From Octopus vulgaris (Eukaryota), in contig OX597815.1 of NCBI GenBank assembly GCA_951406725.2, positions 61,938,001-62,002,000 of the forward strand: a stretch of 64,000 bases of DNA, read 5' to 3'. A program made the position numbers and the translations under genes. This document shows positions 26,305 to 39,759 of this stretch, one piece after another. The notes under the pieces are model-generated. The model made no database searches. It saw nothing but the letters and a program-made list of their open reading frames with translations, and had not been told where the DNA came from. Within the stretch, counting starts at the first letter, position 1, and each line of letters begins with the position of its first letter.

Positions 26305-28021
26305 TACTGTAGATGTCATCATGTTTACAAAGAATATTTTTTGAAAATGTCTCTAAGCAGCAGAAATAGACCAAGGTTGAACTACAAATAATTCTTACGT
26401 CACAAAAAAGGGAAGTCAATTACATTTTAAAATGCCTCCAACTTACTTCAAACAATTTTCACAAAAAGCAATAATTAAAAAAAACATGTGAAGGAAAGTA
26501 ATTCAACGTTTGTGGCTATAAAACCTGGCTGATCATATAAAGAAGGGGAGCCTCACATAGAGAGAAAGATTGGGTTGAATGTATATAGAGTTAGGTGGAT
26601 AGCAGAAATATTCAAAAAAGCTCCACTCCTCAATGTGATCATCTATTAAAATATTGATCAATTCCTGAACGTTGCAAACGAAGAAAGTCGTTCTATTCTG
26701 TTACCAAATCTACTTAGTAACAGATTAAATAAGAAAGAAACTTATAAAATTTGCCGACGAAAATGAAAAAACCAAAAAAAAAACCAAAAAAAAAAACAGA
26801 TATAACATTGTTGCAAACAGACGAACAAACATTAAACGAGAAATAATTAGAAAGAACAGACAGACGGAAGTAGAATGGCTGACGTTAAAGACGACACTCG
26901 AGAACAGAAAAAAAACCCTCAAATGCACAGAGAATAGTAAACAAGCTAACAGCTGATACACGAAAGATCATATCAGCCGATACTTACCCACCAGAAAACT
27001 TTACAATCAAATGCTGAAGGTAAAATACAGGAAAAAAAGCGAAACAAAACGAGACAAAGAATAACTGCAGACATAGTGTTGTCTCAAGTAAAATCAACAT
27101 CAGATTTGTTGCGAAAATAGCAATAAAATATAATCTACATAAACTAGCTTTTCAGATTACACCTAAATGAAAATATAGGGATCACAGCTAACCCAGATAT
27201 ATGAAAGTACACTGGCACGAAAATCAGAAGCCACAAACATATTATTAACAAATGAAGCTCTTAAACAACTGATAAAAGGTACAAATAATGGTCTAGAATG
27301 TGGAACACAAATCATAGCTGCTGTCTTTCAAGGTCTCATTCAAGAATTTATAAATGTTTAGAAAATAGAGAAACAAAAATTCTATATTGAAAATTAGAAT
27401 AAAGGAATCGCCATGATACACAACAAATGCTCACTTGTATAAACATGTGATTAAGAGATACGACATAATGCCTGTCCTCAAATAAGAATAGCCCCGAAAT
27501 AAAGAACTCTACAAGAAACAGTTATAAACATTAGTGCAGAATCTGTAGAGGTTTGAGAAACAAGAGAAATCGTGTACATGAAATAAATTACAGAAATGTA
27601 TTTATAGTGAATGAAAAAGAACATTATTGATTTAAATCAAAAGAAATAATTACGCCCCCGCCCAAACTTGCATAAAACTATAGGTGAAAAAGGAAATTAG
27701 AGGTTGAAGTAGGAAAATAGGAAAAACTTTAACCAGCAGTTGGATTCATCACTGACAAAAAAATATTGAAGGGAAGTTCTCAATAATCTCTGACACTAAG
27801 AAATTTAATTTCTGAAGTCAGTAAACATATAACTTCGTTAACTTCTGATGAAACTACAATTCATTAAGGCTTCTCAACATTAAAATGAAGCACTTCACAA
27901 TAATGGCTTCTCGTATAAAATTCGATATATTACTGGTTTTCATGTTCCAAAGCTTAAAAATGCACCGAGAAATATATTGCGGTATAATCCAGATATTCAG
28001 TTTAAATGTAGGAATAACTTT

Positions 28022-28370
28022 TATTCTTTTATTCTTTTATTTGTTTCAGTCATTTGACTGCGGCCATTCTGGAGCACCGCCTTTAGTCGAGCAAATCGAC
28101 CCAGGACTTATTCTTTGTAAGCCTAGTACTTATTCTATCGGTCTCTTTTGCCGAACCGCTAAGTTACGGGGACGTAAACACACCAGCATCGGTTGTCAAG
28201 CGATGTGGGGACAAATACACTTACAGACACACATATACGACGGGCTTCTTTCAGTTTCCATCTACCAAATCCACTCACAAGGCTTTGGTCGGCCCAAGGC
28301 TTTAGTAGAAGACACTTACCCAAGGTCTCACGCAATGGGACTGAACCCAGAACTATGTGAACTGCGCCTA
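28022..28370 (-). mobile_element. SINE family A
   Basis: tttcagtcatttgactgcggcc...ggagcaccgcctttagtcg...atccactcacaaggctttggtcggcc...ctgcgcct. Confidence 0.9.
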
Positions 28371-28910
28371 TGAAAAATTAATTCCTCCATTTAATTTGTT
28401 TTTACTTTCCGATACATTACTGATGTGATAAAATCTTTAACAGAAACTGAATTTAAATTAGTTATTCTAGTAAATAAAAAATAGACTGAATGAATAAGTT
28501 CTTGAAGACGCATCTTGTAATTATTTATCACCTCAAATATAACCACACATAGAAGAAACATGCCCCATGACGAATTACCGCAACACACAAACATACGAAC
28601 AGCACATATACCCAGAATATAATATAATGCAAACAATCTTACCTTCCAACATGACTGCTTTCTGAAAAGTCAAATCCCAGGGCGATACCCATACAATATT
28701 AATTAAACGATACTGGAAATTCCACATGCATATATGTACTAGTATTTATCGTTGGTACTTCTTTGATTTTAGTACCTTACACGTTTGAAATTCCAGTTGT
28801 GGCTATAGATGTTTTCATCTTTTCGATATAGAAAAATTTTAACAATGCAAAGAAAATGGAGGATACAGCCACAGAATAATCAAAATATTTATTATAATAG
28901 TCAATTCATG

Positions 28911-29005
28911 TTACCTACGCACGTTTCGGTTTGTTACTTAGATCCATATTTATGCAATTAAATTGCATTAGGATTTTGAAAAAGCGAAAACCTTCATCAG
29001 GGCAA
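28911..29005 (-). ncRNA. Type I hammerhead ribozyme, inverted pLTR copy
   Basis: Minus strand: ttgcc-CTGATGA-a-ggttt...aaacc-GAAAC-gtgc-GTA-ggtaa. Confidence 0.8.
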
Positions 29006-29059
29006 AAATTGACTGCTATCAAGGTAAAAGTTGACTGTTATTTATCTTTTTCACACATT

Positions 29060-30095
29060 CATCAGGATGTGTGAAATAAGAACTTATATGAAACTATTCT
29101 ACAAAGCGGCCTCTAAACATTTTTCTGGAAAAAATAAATACCATAAAGTTATAAACTCGCACGAATTAAGAGCTGGTTTTTGTTTTTCACGAAACATAGC
29201 ACAAATTATAGCTACGCAAAATACTAAAAGATTAAATGATTACTATAATAATAAAGGTAGTCAGAAGATGAAGGAATTATTTAATGACCAAAATGAAGAA
29301 TTTAATGATAGTATGAGATACACAAGAAACAAAGGAAGGGAAGTAACTCTTCGAGTCTCCCCACTAGAATCCAAAAATATAAGCATATAATCTAAAAAGG
29401 GAAGAAATAATAAGCCTAATATAAGAAAAACAATAATAAAAGCACAAACACTAATAATAAAAATATAAATGCTAGAATTTATAGTAGTATCAATGACGGT
29501 GAAAGAGAAACCGATATAAACATTGAGATAGATAAGGAAAGCAATGACAAAGTGGACAGATTAATAGTTTAGACTCCTAACATAGTAAATAAATATAGCG
29601 AGAGTAACTCGGAAGATATAGTATAGAAGTGCAGTATATTCGGTAAGGAAACAAGGAATGCCCTTAAAAATAAAACCTGTGATTGTTCTAAGGAAGTTCG
29701 ATGACCATTAAGAAATTTTTGTAGAGAAAAGGGTGTTATATATATGTATAAGGTAACAACGGGAGGACAGGAATACTACTATATAGGTTCTACAGAAAAT
29801 TATATAAAAGGGATAGCGAACAATGAAAACACCTTCAGGGATAGGAGAAAAGGAGCAAGCACTAGTCTTAGTAAACTAATTCGGGCGATTAAAGATAAAA
29901 TAGGGAATATACACTTAGGTGGGAAATAATTACCCTGGCAAAGTCCTATAGCATTGGGAACGAAAGGTGTGAACTCTGAATGGAGAAAATTTATCAAATA
30001 CTTACATAAATAAACACAAATTATAAAACAACAAGAGGGAAAGAGGTTTTTGTTGTGTGCATAGGGTTAAATATACATTTAATAAATTTAAATAA
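29060..30095 (+). pseudogene. PLE ORF remnant: RT thumb, Asn/Lys-rich linker and GIY-YIG endonuclease with TGA at two Cys positions
   Basis: In-frame TGA at 29702-29704 (CDCSKEVR*PLRNFC) and 29977-29979 (RCEL*MEK). Frameshifts and TAG/TAA stops are also present. Confidence 0.82.
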
Positions 30096-31077
30096 ATTAA
30101 AATGAATATTACTAAGTAAAACCGTATGAATAATACAGTTATAGATAGGAATAATTCTTAAAATCAAATATACTTTCGCTGAATTTAAATAGTTTTAGTT
30201 AAGAATTAAACACCATGTACATGATACTTAAGAATCGTGCTGCTACACTATTAATTAGATAGATGAATAATGTAGGAATGCAAACTGTCAATTAATATAT
30301 CTAAATAAATTATACTAATAATAAGGGGGGAAGGGGACTTTTTGTCTTCATAAAGTTAGAAATATATATCTATTGAATTTAAATGAATTTAATTAAAATA
30401 AACACTTCTTTGAATAATACAATAATACCTATTCTCTTAAAGATAAATATACCTTCTTTGTATTTAAATGATTTTAGGTGAAAATATACACTGTTTATAT
30501 GATAAATAAAAATTATACTTCTATACCATTAATTAAATAGACAATCATAAGTAAGAACTCAAACTACTAGCTTATATAACTAAATAAATAATTATATTAA
30601 TAATAATTAATATACCTTCTTACAATAAGAATAAACAAAAAAATAAGTAAAAAGTAACAAATACGTACATACCTAGATTTTTTAAAGGTAGCAAATAAGT
30701 AAATACCAAGACTTCATAACCAATAAGTAAAGACATATAAATATGTATTGTGAACATGATAGATAGTACAATTGGTAAAGACAGGTTTATAAAACTATAT
30801 AGTTAATGTGTAATCTGCTTACAGACATACCGAATAGTGATAAAGATAAATGGCCAGCTTGTAAAAAGCTGTTTTGCACCACTAAAAAGGGTGAATAATA
30901 ACATGACCTAGTTCTTCTGAACTATGCCTATCTCTTGTCCAGTGAGATTAAAAAATCAACTTCTTGCTATTTTTAGAACAGAATCCAAGACTACAATACA
31001 ATTGGACTAAGCTCTCCATCCGACAAGATGAGGGGAAAAAAATAAAAGTCAATTTTTACCTTCATAGCAGTCAGTTA

Positions 31078-31172
31078 TTGCCCTGATGAAGGTTTTTGCT
31101 TTTTCTTATTCATTATGCAATTTAATTGTATAAATATGGATTTAAGTAATAAACCGAAACGTGCGTAGGCAA
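31078..31172 (+). ncRNA. Type I hammerhead ribozyme, 3' pLTR
   Basis: ttgcc-CTGATGA-a-ggttt...aaacc-GAAAC-gtgc-GTA-ggcaa. Confidence 0.85.
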
Positions 31173-31647
31173 CATGAATTGATTATTCTGTGTATGCATC
31201 CTCCATTTTCTTTGTTTATATATGTGTGTGTGTGTGCGCGCGTACGCGACTCTCACCCACTTTTCCTCGTTTTCCCCCTTTTCTTCCCCCTCTCTCCTAT
31301 CTCTCTTCTCCCGATCTGTCTCTCTCCCGATCGTTCCTCTCTCCCTCTGCTTTCTTTTTCCCTCTCTCGTATTCCTTAATCCCTTTTCCCTCTCTCTCTT
31401 ATCTCTCAGTCTCTTTTGCGTCCCTTCCTCACATCCCTTATACCTTGTTTCTCTGTCTCTCTCCTCCCTCTCATTATTTGCTCCCTCTGATTTCTTTCCC
31501 CTCTCTCCTATTCCTTAGTCCCTCAGCCTTCTTCAACTCCTCCCCTCCTCTACCACATGATCGCTGTCCGTCTTATGCAATGTCATTCTTTTTCGGTTGA
31601 CCGTCTTTGAAGTTAGTCGCATCTGTTCTGTTTCCGTCTCGCTATAT

Positions 31648-32109
31648 ATATATATATATATATATATAAGATTTTCCTATTTCCTTTTTCCTTGCGCTAG
31701 CCTATTACACTGTCTGATAGTCGAAGGCCCCTGTTTGTTTTGTTTTATCTTTGTTGTATAGCCGAAAGGCTTTTGACCATTGTATATGTATAATTCTATT
31801 TCTTATGTTATGTTAGTCCGATAGTCGAAAGACCCATTCTGTTTGTTATTTCCTTGTATTTGTATGTGTACATTCGTTTGCCATACTCAAGAACTTAATG
31901 CCTTCAGCTTAAGCCCTTGGCCCAGCTAGTTTCGAGTAGTATCACAGAGGATTTGGCGAAACTACGTGGACCTTCAAGACTCCGACTGAAGAAGCGATTG
32001 GCTGGAATGATCCGTGTATCTTGTTTTGTCCTGTTTGCTGTTGTTGAGCTATCGTCCTTTACCTGCTTGTTATGTTTTGACGATTCCCGTTTGTTGTTTT
32101 TTTTACCTT

Positions 32110-32112
<3 letters not shown>
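31648..32112 (+). mobile_element. (TA)n-embedded non-coding element related in style to family G
   Basis: Repeated gtc-gaaa-gac and agcc-gaaa-ggct hairpins, gactgaaga, and a T-rich tail ending at (TA)n. Confidence 0.5.
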
Positions 32113-32159
<47 letters not shown>

Positions 32160-34245
32160 ATAATAAATATTAGGGAATAAATCCAAATTTACAGGGAAAA
32201 AAATCAGATTTAGGATTAAATCCAATTTTATAGTAAAATATTATAAAATATTATTAGAGACAAAACCACTATTTTGCAAAACAAACAAGGAAAGACTTAA
32301 TCAATACATAAAATTTTAATAAATAGTCAAAAAAACCGCCACTACAATCGTTTCTTGTCTTGATCGACAATCTTCAGGTGGACTTCAATCTAAAATATCA
32401 ATATTTTAAAATATACAAATAATAATTTTAAAATAATTAAAGTATGAATGAAAAAATATAAATATATAATCCATATATAACCTATATATAATCCATATAT
32501 AATCAATATATAAACAATATATAAACTAAAATAAACCTATCAACAATTAAATATAAAATATAAAATATAAAATATAAAACAAAACAAAAAAATAATAATA
32601 ATAATATAATAATAAACTATATATACACCCATACACATATACCTAATTATATATAACCATATCTAACTACATACACTAAACCACACACCTATATATATAT
32701 CCCTATACATACACATAAAAACGTCTAGGCAACTATAAATAAATAAAATAGCTAAATACTTCAACACAATACTTATTCATACTTCCACACACACACACAT
32801 ACAACCCACATTCACGCTCTATAAAACGGACATCACTCAAAATTATGAACGGAGAAATGGAATAAATGGAATTAAAAATTATATTCACTTGGTAAAACGA
32901 ACACTACTTAAAAATTATGAATGAAACAATGCAATAAAACAACAGACATCGCAAATATACACAAATTACTACGAATTCCTTAACAAACCTACCATGATAA
33001 ACCAAAACTCACAAAAACATATAATGATAAAATCTCCCTTTACTAAACTCTATAACATACCTATATAGCAATCCCCCTAACCTAAACATTCACACACAAA
33101 TACACACACGTAAACCACACACCCACGACATATACTAATACCCACACCACTTACACATACCAATACATCCATATAAACCTCAACATATACTCCAAAAACC
33201 CACTCAACCCCACACAGACAAATGAACACAAAAATTATGAATGGATTCTTTTATAAAACTACCATGATAAGCTAAAACTCACAAAACAGAAATGATAAAA
33301 CCTCCCTTTACTAAACACTATAACATACTTATATAGCAATCCCTTTAACCTATACATTCACACACAAAAACACACATGTAAACCACACACCCATAACAAA
33401 AACAAACACCCACCCCACTCACACCCACCCACAAGTACATATAAGCCTCAACATATACACGAACAAAATTACTTTACCAAGGAACTTAACATATGTATAA
33501 AAAGTATAACCGCTCCGGAAACGAACATCTCTAAATTAATGAATGGAGAAATGGAATAAATGGAATTAAAAATAATATTCACGTGGCAAAACGAACACCA
33601 CTCAAAAATTATGAATGAAACAATGCAATAAAACAACCAACATCGAAAATAGACAAATTACCACGAATTCCCTAAAAAAACCATGATAAACCAAAACTCT
33701 TAAAAACATATAACGATAAAATCTCCCTTTGCTAAACTCTATAACAAACCTATATAGCAATCCCCCTAACCTAAACATTCACACACAAATACACACACGT
33801 AAACCACAGACCCACGACTTATACACATACCTATACTAACTTATAAACCTCAATATACACCAAAATCCACTCCCTCCACACACAGACAAATTAACACATA
33901 CATCCCAAAACCTAAATAACAAACCCATATACACATTCACACACAAACACACACACAGGCAAAACACACACACACAACAGATACATATACTCCCTCACAT
34001 ATACGCATATACATACTCACTAAACTCGATATATACAACAATATTTACACACCCACACTCATACAGATAAATAAATTATACAACTAAAAACTCACACACA
34101 ATCTCATATACATAAACACTCCTATGAAAACAACATTAAATACATCGTAATTAACCAGAATATCAAAAATAACAATATGACATAAGGATAAATAAAATAC
34201 ATACTTACAAGTCAGTTTCAAATTATAAAGTGAAATTAAATTCTT
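32160..34245 (-). mobile_element. About 2-kb non-coding hammerhead-bearing element with internal repeats (PLE 3' region or retrozyme-like)
   Basis: Hammerhead at 32339-32381. Direct repeats of about 370-390 bp at 32841-33230 and 33536-33900, plus a partial copy at 33258-33460. The + strand is strongly G-depleted and the flanks are (TA)n. Confidence 0.7.
32339..32381 (-). ncRNA. Minimal type I hammerhead ribozyme, intact
   Basis: ccac-CTGAAGA-ttgtc gatcaa gacaa-GAAAC-gatt-GTA-gtgg. Confidence 0.88.
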
Positions 34246-34299
34246 ATATATATATATATATATATGTATATATGTGTTGGCCGAAGTCTTATGAGTGAA

Positions 34300-34645
34300 G
34301 AATTTTAGTCGGACGAATCAACTTTAATACTTTTTTTAAACCCGGTTCTTTTTCAATCGGTGTCTTTTGCCGAGCTACTAAGTCACGGGGATATAAGCAA
34401 ACCAGCATCGGTTGTCGAACGGTGGTGAGGGACAAACACGCACATACGCATGCACACAGACGCACGCATTCGCACGCACACACATACACACATAGAAACA
34501 TTATATATATGCGTGTGTTTGTATATATATATGAGTGTGTGTGTGTGTGATGAGCTTTCAGTTTCCGTCTACCAAAACCTATCACAAGGCTTTGGTCGGC
34601 GTATTGTAATAATAGAAAACACTTGCCCAAGGAGCCATGTGGCTG
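34300..34645 (-). mobile_element. SINE family A, diverged
   Basis: ctttcagtttccgtctacc...acaaggctttggtcggc...acacttgcccaagg-like segments. Confidence 0.75.
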
Positions 34646-34786
34646 GGAAGCATCTCTCTGCATCTCACTTTCTCTTTGTCTCTCCCTCTCTTTCTGCATC
34701 TCACTTTCTCTTTCTCTCTCCCTCTCTCTCTTCCTCTGTCTCAATCAATACATAGCCCCCCACACACTCATACATACATATACACA

Positions 34787-35691
34787 CGATGATCAGCTGA
34801 AAGGTTTATAGGCTGACTTTGAAGAAGTGATGCTAGAGCTGTGAAAATTTGCTTGCATTAATTTCCTCTCCTCCTATTAATAACAGCTGAATATCGTGGG
34901 GGGGGGGGAGTTCTGAAGATGACCCAAGCTCTAGACGTCCTGCAACTGCCACCACGAGGAAACGTTGACTGTGTTCACCACAAGCTGATGGATAACAGGT
35001 GATTGACGATAAATATAATCTGATAGAAAGCTACCAAAGCTATTAACATATCCCGCGAGATAGTTGAGAATATTCTGCACAATAACCTTGGCAATACGAA
35101 AGTTTCCTCTCGGTGGGTGCCACGTCTTTTGACACCTGATCAAAAGCATACTTCATCGCTTTAAGCCAGAGAAAAAGTGACAATATATGCAGCGGAACAC
35201 CCCACCCCGCTTGCTCCAAACAAAGCCAAGTTCGTTTCATATGCCGGGTATCAGTGATGGCCTCAGTCTTTTGAGCTTCAAAAGGCATTGTATTTATTGA
35301 CTATCCGCAAAAGAGTCACACCGTCAAAGGAGAGTACTATGCCGGGATTTGTTTCATCAGGACAATGCTCCAGCACACAAGCCTTTGCTTTCAATGTATG
35401 TTGTGCGTGAACTGTTTGATCAGCATCCCTATTCTCCTGATTTGGCCCCATCTGTCAATCATCATTTCCCCATCATGAAAAACGCTTGGCTTGGAATCAG
35501 TATTACAGTGATGATGACGCCATATCTGCTGTTGACTTTTTTGACCAACAGGACGAAGGCGTCTTCACCTAAGAGAACCAAGCACTGTGAAGTGTGAACC
35601 GTAAGGGGTACTATATTGAAAAAATAAACTTCATTTGGTCACATTCCATGAAAGGGTCTTGGTCAGCCTATGAACTTTTCAGCCGCGCCCC
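34787..35691 (+). mobile_element. Mariner transposon, internally deleted, both TIRs present
   Basis: TIRs gctgaaaggtttataggctgac / gtcagcctatgaacttttcagc; WVPRLLTPDQK; FHQDNAPAH; PYSPDLAPS. Confidence 0.88.
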
Positions 35692-36008
35692 CTATACGCC
35701 ATTTAGTTTTGCAAATATTCAGTTTCTTTCCTTCTTTTATTTTCTTTTGTTCATTTCTTCTTCTTCTTCTTCTTCTTCTTCTTCTTCTTCTTCTTCTTCT
35801 TCTTCTTCTTCTTCTTCTTCTTCTTCTTCTTCCTTTTCTTTCTTCTTTTTTGTCGTTGTCGTCGTCGCCGTCGTCATCTCCTTTATCGACTTATGTCTTT
35901 AGATAAGTTTCTTTGAACTTGTATACTTGAATTCCTGCTTGGAATATTTCGTGGCTGGAATTTATTTGTTTATACATACATACATATATACATACATACA
36001 TATAAATA

Positions 36009-36054
<46 letters not shown>

Positions 36055-36077
36055 AGTGTGTGTGTGTGTGTATATAA

Positions 36078-36111
<34 letters not shown>

Positions 36112-36143
36112 ATACGTACATACATACATGCATACATACATAC

Positions 36144-36178
<35 letters not shown>

Positions 36179-36319
36179 CATACAATACATACATACAAAC
36201 ATACATACATATATACACACGTTCGTACGTACGTGTGTGCGAGTGCGCGAGCATGTGTGTTATCAATGTTGTTGATGCAGTTGTTTTTGCTATTATTATT
36301 ATTATTATTATTATTATTA

Positions 36320-36357
<38 letters not shown>

Positions 36358-36519
36358 TGTTTGTTTGCGAACTTCCTCTATCACCCTCGCCGACCACCTG
36401 AATTTCTTCTGTTTATTCACCTCTCTACCTCTTTCTTTCTCTATCGTATCTCTTTCAGGCATTTGGTATCTGTGTCTGCGTGTGTATGCAATGAATGTAC
36501 ACTATATATATATTCATAC

Positions 36520-36592
<73 letters not shown>

Positions 36593-36667
36593 TGTATATA
36601 TATATATACATACATACATATATGTATATATATACATATATATATATACATATATATATGCATGTGT

Positions 36668-36699
<32 letters not shown>

Positions 36700-36881
36700 C
36701 ATATATATATACATATATGTACATACATACACACACAACACACGCACATATATATATACATACACAGCAAAAGTACACATTAGTACTCTATCTCATCTTG
36801 AGATTTCATAACTATTTTGCACACACACACACACACACACATACACACACACACACACATATATATTACGCGCGCGCGAAT

Positions 36882-36922
<41 letters not shown>

Positions 36923-37190
36923 CACACACACATACGTATGTATTCATATTTGTGTATGTTGGCACACCCACATACGCACACACGCACTCACATGTTCACA
37001 CATGCACACAGATACGTGCTCATTTTGCGTATGTATATACGTATGTTTATCGATATGTATGTATGTATGCATGCATGCATATGTGTGTCAGTTTGAATGC
37101 GTTTATGTGCACATTTATGTATTAATGTATGTCGCTTTATGTGTGTGGGTACGTATGTGTGCTTGTTTGTATGTGTGTGTGTGTGTGTGT

Positions 37191-37230
<40 letters not shown>

Positions 37231-37659
37231 AAATACAGTGTTTCCTTTCATCTCTCTTCTACACCACTTCCTTATCTCCCTTGTCGTCCTCTACACACTT
37301 TCGTCTTCTACGACGACATACACACACCCGTGAAGCTGTCTACTAAAGTCTAGCACTGACAGCAATCACCTACAGACAGACATACAGGTTTTTTTTCTTT
37401 TTATTCTCATATTTTCTTGTCATCGTCGTCGTCGTCGTCGTTGTTGTTGATGTTGTTGCTTTCCAGTTGGTACAGTTTTCACAAACTGCACTTACTCCAC
37501 TTAATTTTGAATAATATAGGTGGCGTTGCTGATGGAAGTGGGACGACTGCAATGGCGCAGACATTTTGAGAATCGTAGATTCCCGCCTTTATGCGGCTTC
37601 CTTACCTACAAAGCTGGTGTCTTCTGGTTTCTGTTTCCTCCACCCTGTAATCTGTTGAC

Positions 37660-37950
37660 GAGGTGTGTAGCTTAGTGGGGAAAGTGTTGACATTGAAGAA
37701 TTCACTAATATGAGTTCAAATCATATGATAAATGGTGTGTCACGTGTTTTTTCTTTAGTTTCAGGTCAGTCTTGATTAAGTAGACCAATGATCAATGGCA
37801 TTCCAGTCGTGACCATTCCGTCTTTTTTTCTATTTGTAGGGAACTTAGGACCACATTATCCACTATGTCTCTTTTTATTACGACAGACTATGTTTTGTGT
37901 AAGATTTAGCTGCTTTTTCTAGCAGGCGAATGACTACGTAGGTGTTCCCT
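37660..37950 (+). mobile_element. Old tRNA-derived SINE-like element
   Basis: gaggtgtgtagcttagtgg (A-box-like) and gagttcaaatc (B-box-like). Confidence 0.4.
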
Positions 37951-38034
37951 TGATAAATAACACTGTGTAGCATGATTTTTTTTTTACCTTGGGTTGCAAC
38001 TCTTATTGCCTATTTGCTTATCCCTAGAAAGTAT

Positions 38035-38250
38035 GAAAAATGGCTAATATTATCTTCAAACTTTGCTTTTGTTACATTTATTCAAACTCCAAAGAATCCC
38101 TCTCAACAAATGGCTGTGATACTCCCCCACTACTCCTGCTCATAATAAGACATGCACATATTGTCAGCCAATAAGGGACATGCTCAAGTGGTTGAGGTCA
38201 AGCAACTGACAAGCAAATCTGTGATATTGAGTAGAATATTTGCTATAAGG
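38035..38250. repeat. Dispersed repeat D, second copy
   Basis: Homologous to 14320-14490. Confidence 0.8.
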
Positions 38251-39728
38251 GTATTTCTGCTTCTGCATTGAAATGTAATGGAAAATTGGTTAGTTTCAAA
38301 ACATTGATGTCCAGGTCTGGAACTCAAAGTTTGAAGCGAATGGCTGTCATTTCCTTTGAGTTTTAGACGGAAGCAATTACGAAATAGCATTTACTAAGAC
38401 AAAAACAAAAGTCAATAATGAAACATTTGTTACACATTCTAATGCTTTTTAGCTTTTATTTAATCTCAATCCGTCTGGTACGAGTTATATGCTGGTTTAT
38501 AAGAAAGGCTAACGTCTAGAATCAGAATCAATGGTGGATCCGTGTTGCGACCCAAAAAGATGCTGTCCCTACAATAAATGGTAGAAATATTATATATAAA
38601 AAGCAACAACAACAACAACAACAAAAAACGTTCTTATTAAGGATTTTAGCATCACCGATGTCGACTGACAATAAATGTGGTTGGTACGAGGATACAAAAA
38701 CGGTGAGAGATAGAGTTTGGCTCTTCTGAAGGAGGAGAAGAAAGAAAATTCAGTGTTGTGTTACCCGGAAGTTGTAGCAGTAATGAATGAAGGAAGTGGG
38801 TCGCAAAACATTGTGGGTTCTCAACAGACTGTAAGTGTTTGATGGACTGAAATGACGGACATGCGCAAAAAATGTTAATTAGCAGTGGAGTTGGTTTTCA
38901 TTGTGTGTATGTATGTGTGTATATGTTTGTGTGTATACGTGCGTTCAATGTAATATGAACTTAGGCCTACATAGTATGTGGTGGTGGTGGGAGGCAAAGT
39001 CACATTGGAGGATGAGAAAGATACAGAGGACGGAGTGGTGAAGACGTTGAATGTCTAAATGGAAGGTGAGAGGAAACGAATACTGTTAATCGAACAGAAG
39101 CGCGATCGATGGTTCGAGATTAACGTGTGAACAAAACGTGGAACATTTTTCGTGAATTGGACAAATTTTATGTTTACTCCATATAATTCGGTCGTGTCTT
39201 TCATTGAGACTGTCACAGAAATTGATCCTGCTTCTAGTTTAAAAACAAAAGCAGAGCTTCGGACGATGAACTAGCCGATTAATTTTGTTAATAATTGAGA
39301 GATATGTTCTTTTTTTCGTTTTTGTTCTCCTCCTCAACTGTGCTTTCAATTCATAACTCATGTTTAACAGTAGAATTAGCAGTATGAAACCATGTTTTGA
39401 TTCAGTATGGAATGTTCAGCGTGATTTTGATACAAGTTACAGCAGGTGAAGCAAGATAAGTTTTCAGCTGATAAAATCATAATCTGCATCACGACGTATA
39501 ATGTGAAACTATCTTTAATTAACAGACCTCATAATTAGCAGATCTTCATAATTAACAGGTTTTCATGATTAATAAAGTCTTCTTGATAATTTGGAACCAA
39601 TGAGGGGCGAAATCGGCAGACCAGCCGACAACATACCAACGCGGTGCCTCTACATGACCGATCGATTTGTCAGGAGTGCATATATACATGCATACATACA
39701 TACATACATACATACATACATACATACA

Positions 39729-39759
<31 letters not shown>

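Larger units (their letters stand above)
28847..31214 (+). mobile_element. Penelope-like element (Naiad-type), 5'-truncated, with inverted pLTRs
   Basis: About 190-bp inverted repeat at 28847-29045/31040-31214, each arm with a hammerhead. RT thumb FYKAASKHFSGKNKYHKVINSH..FCFSRNIAQII; GIY-YIG CDC..(U)PL..C..GVIYMYKV...YIGST...STSLSK; CEL(U); CVHRVKY. Confidence 0.88.

Noticed and set aside
26680-27880. A-rich decayed coding-like region (possible LINE ORF1)
   Set aside because: No recognisable motif, so it cannot be assigned.
30095-31040. SECIS candidates (ATGA...AA...GA) downstream of the PLE ORF
   Set aside because: None of the ATGA sites examined (30102, 30263, 30468, 30756, 30903) gave a convincing helix II plus GA quartet by eye. 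The region also contains a degenerate duplication of about 160 bp.
31890-31955. Twister-like words TAATG...TAAGCCC...CAGAGG
   Set aside because: The required P4 stem and pseudoknot pairings are absent.
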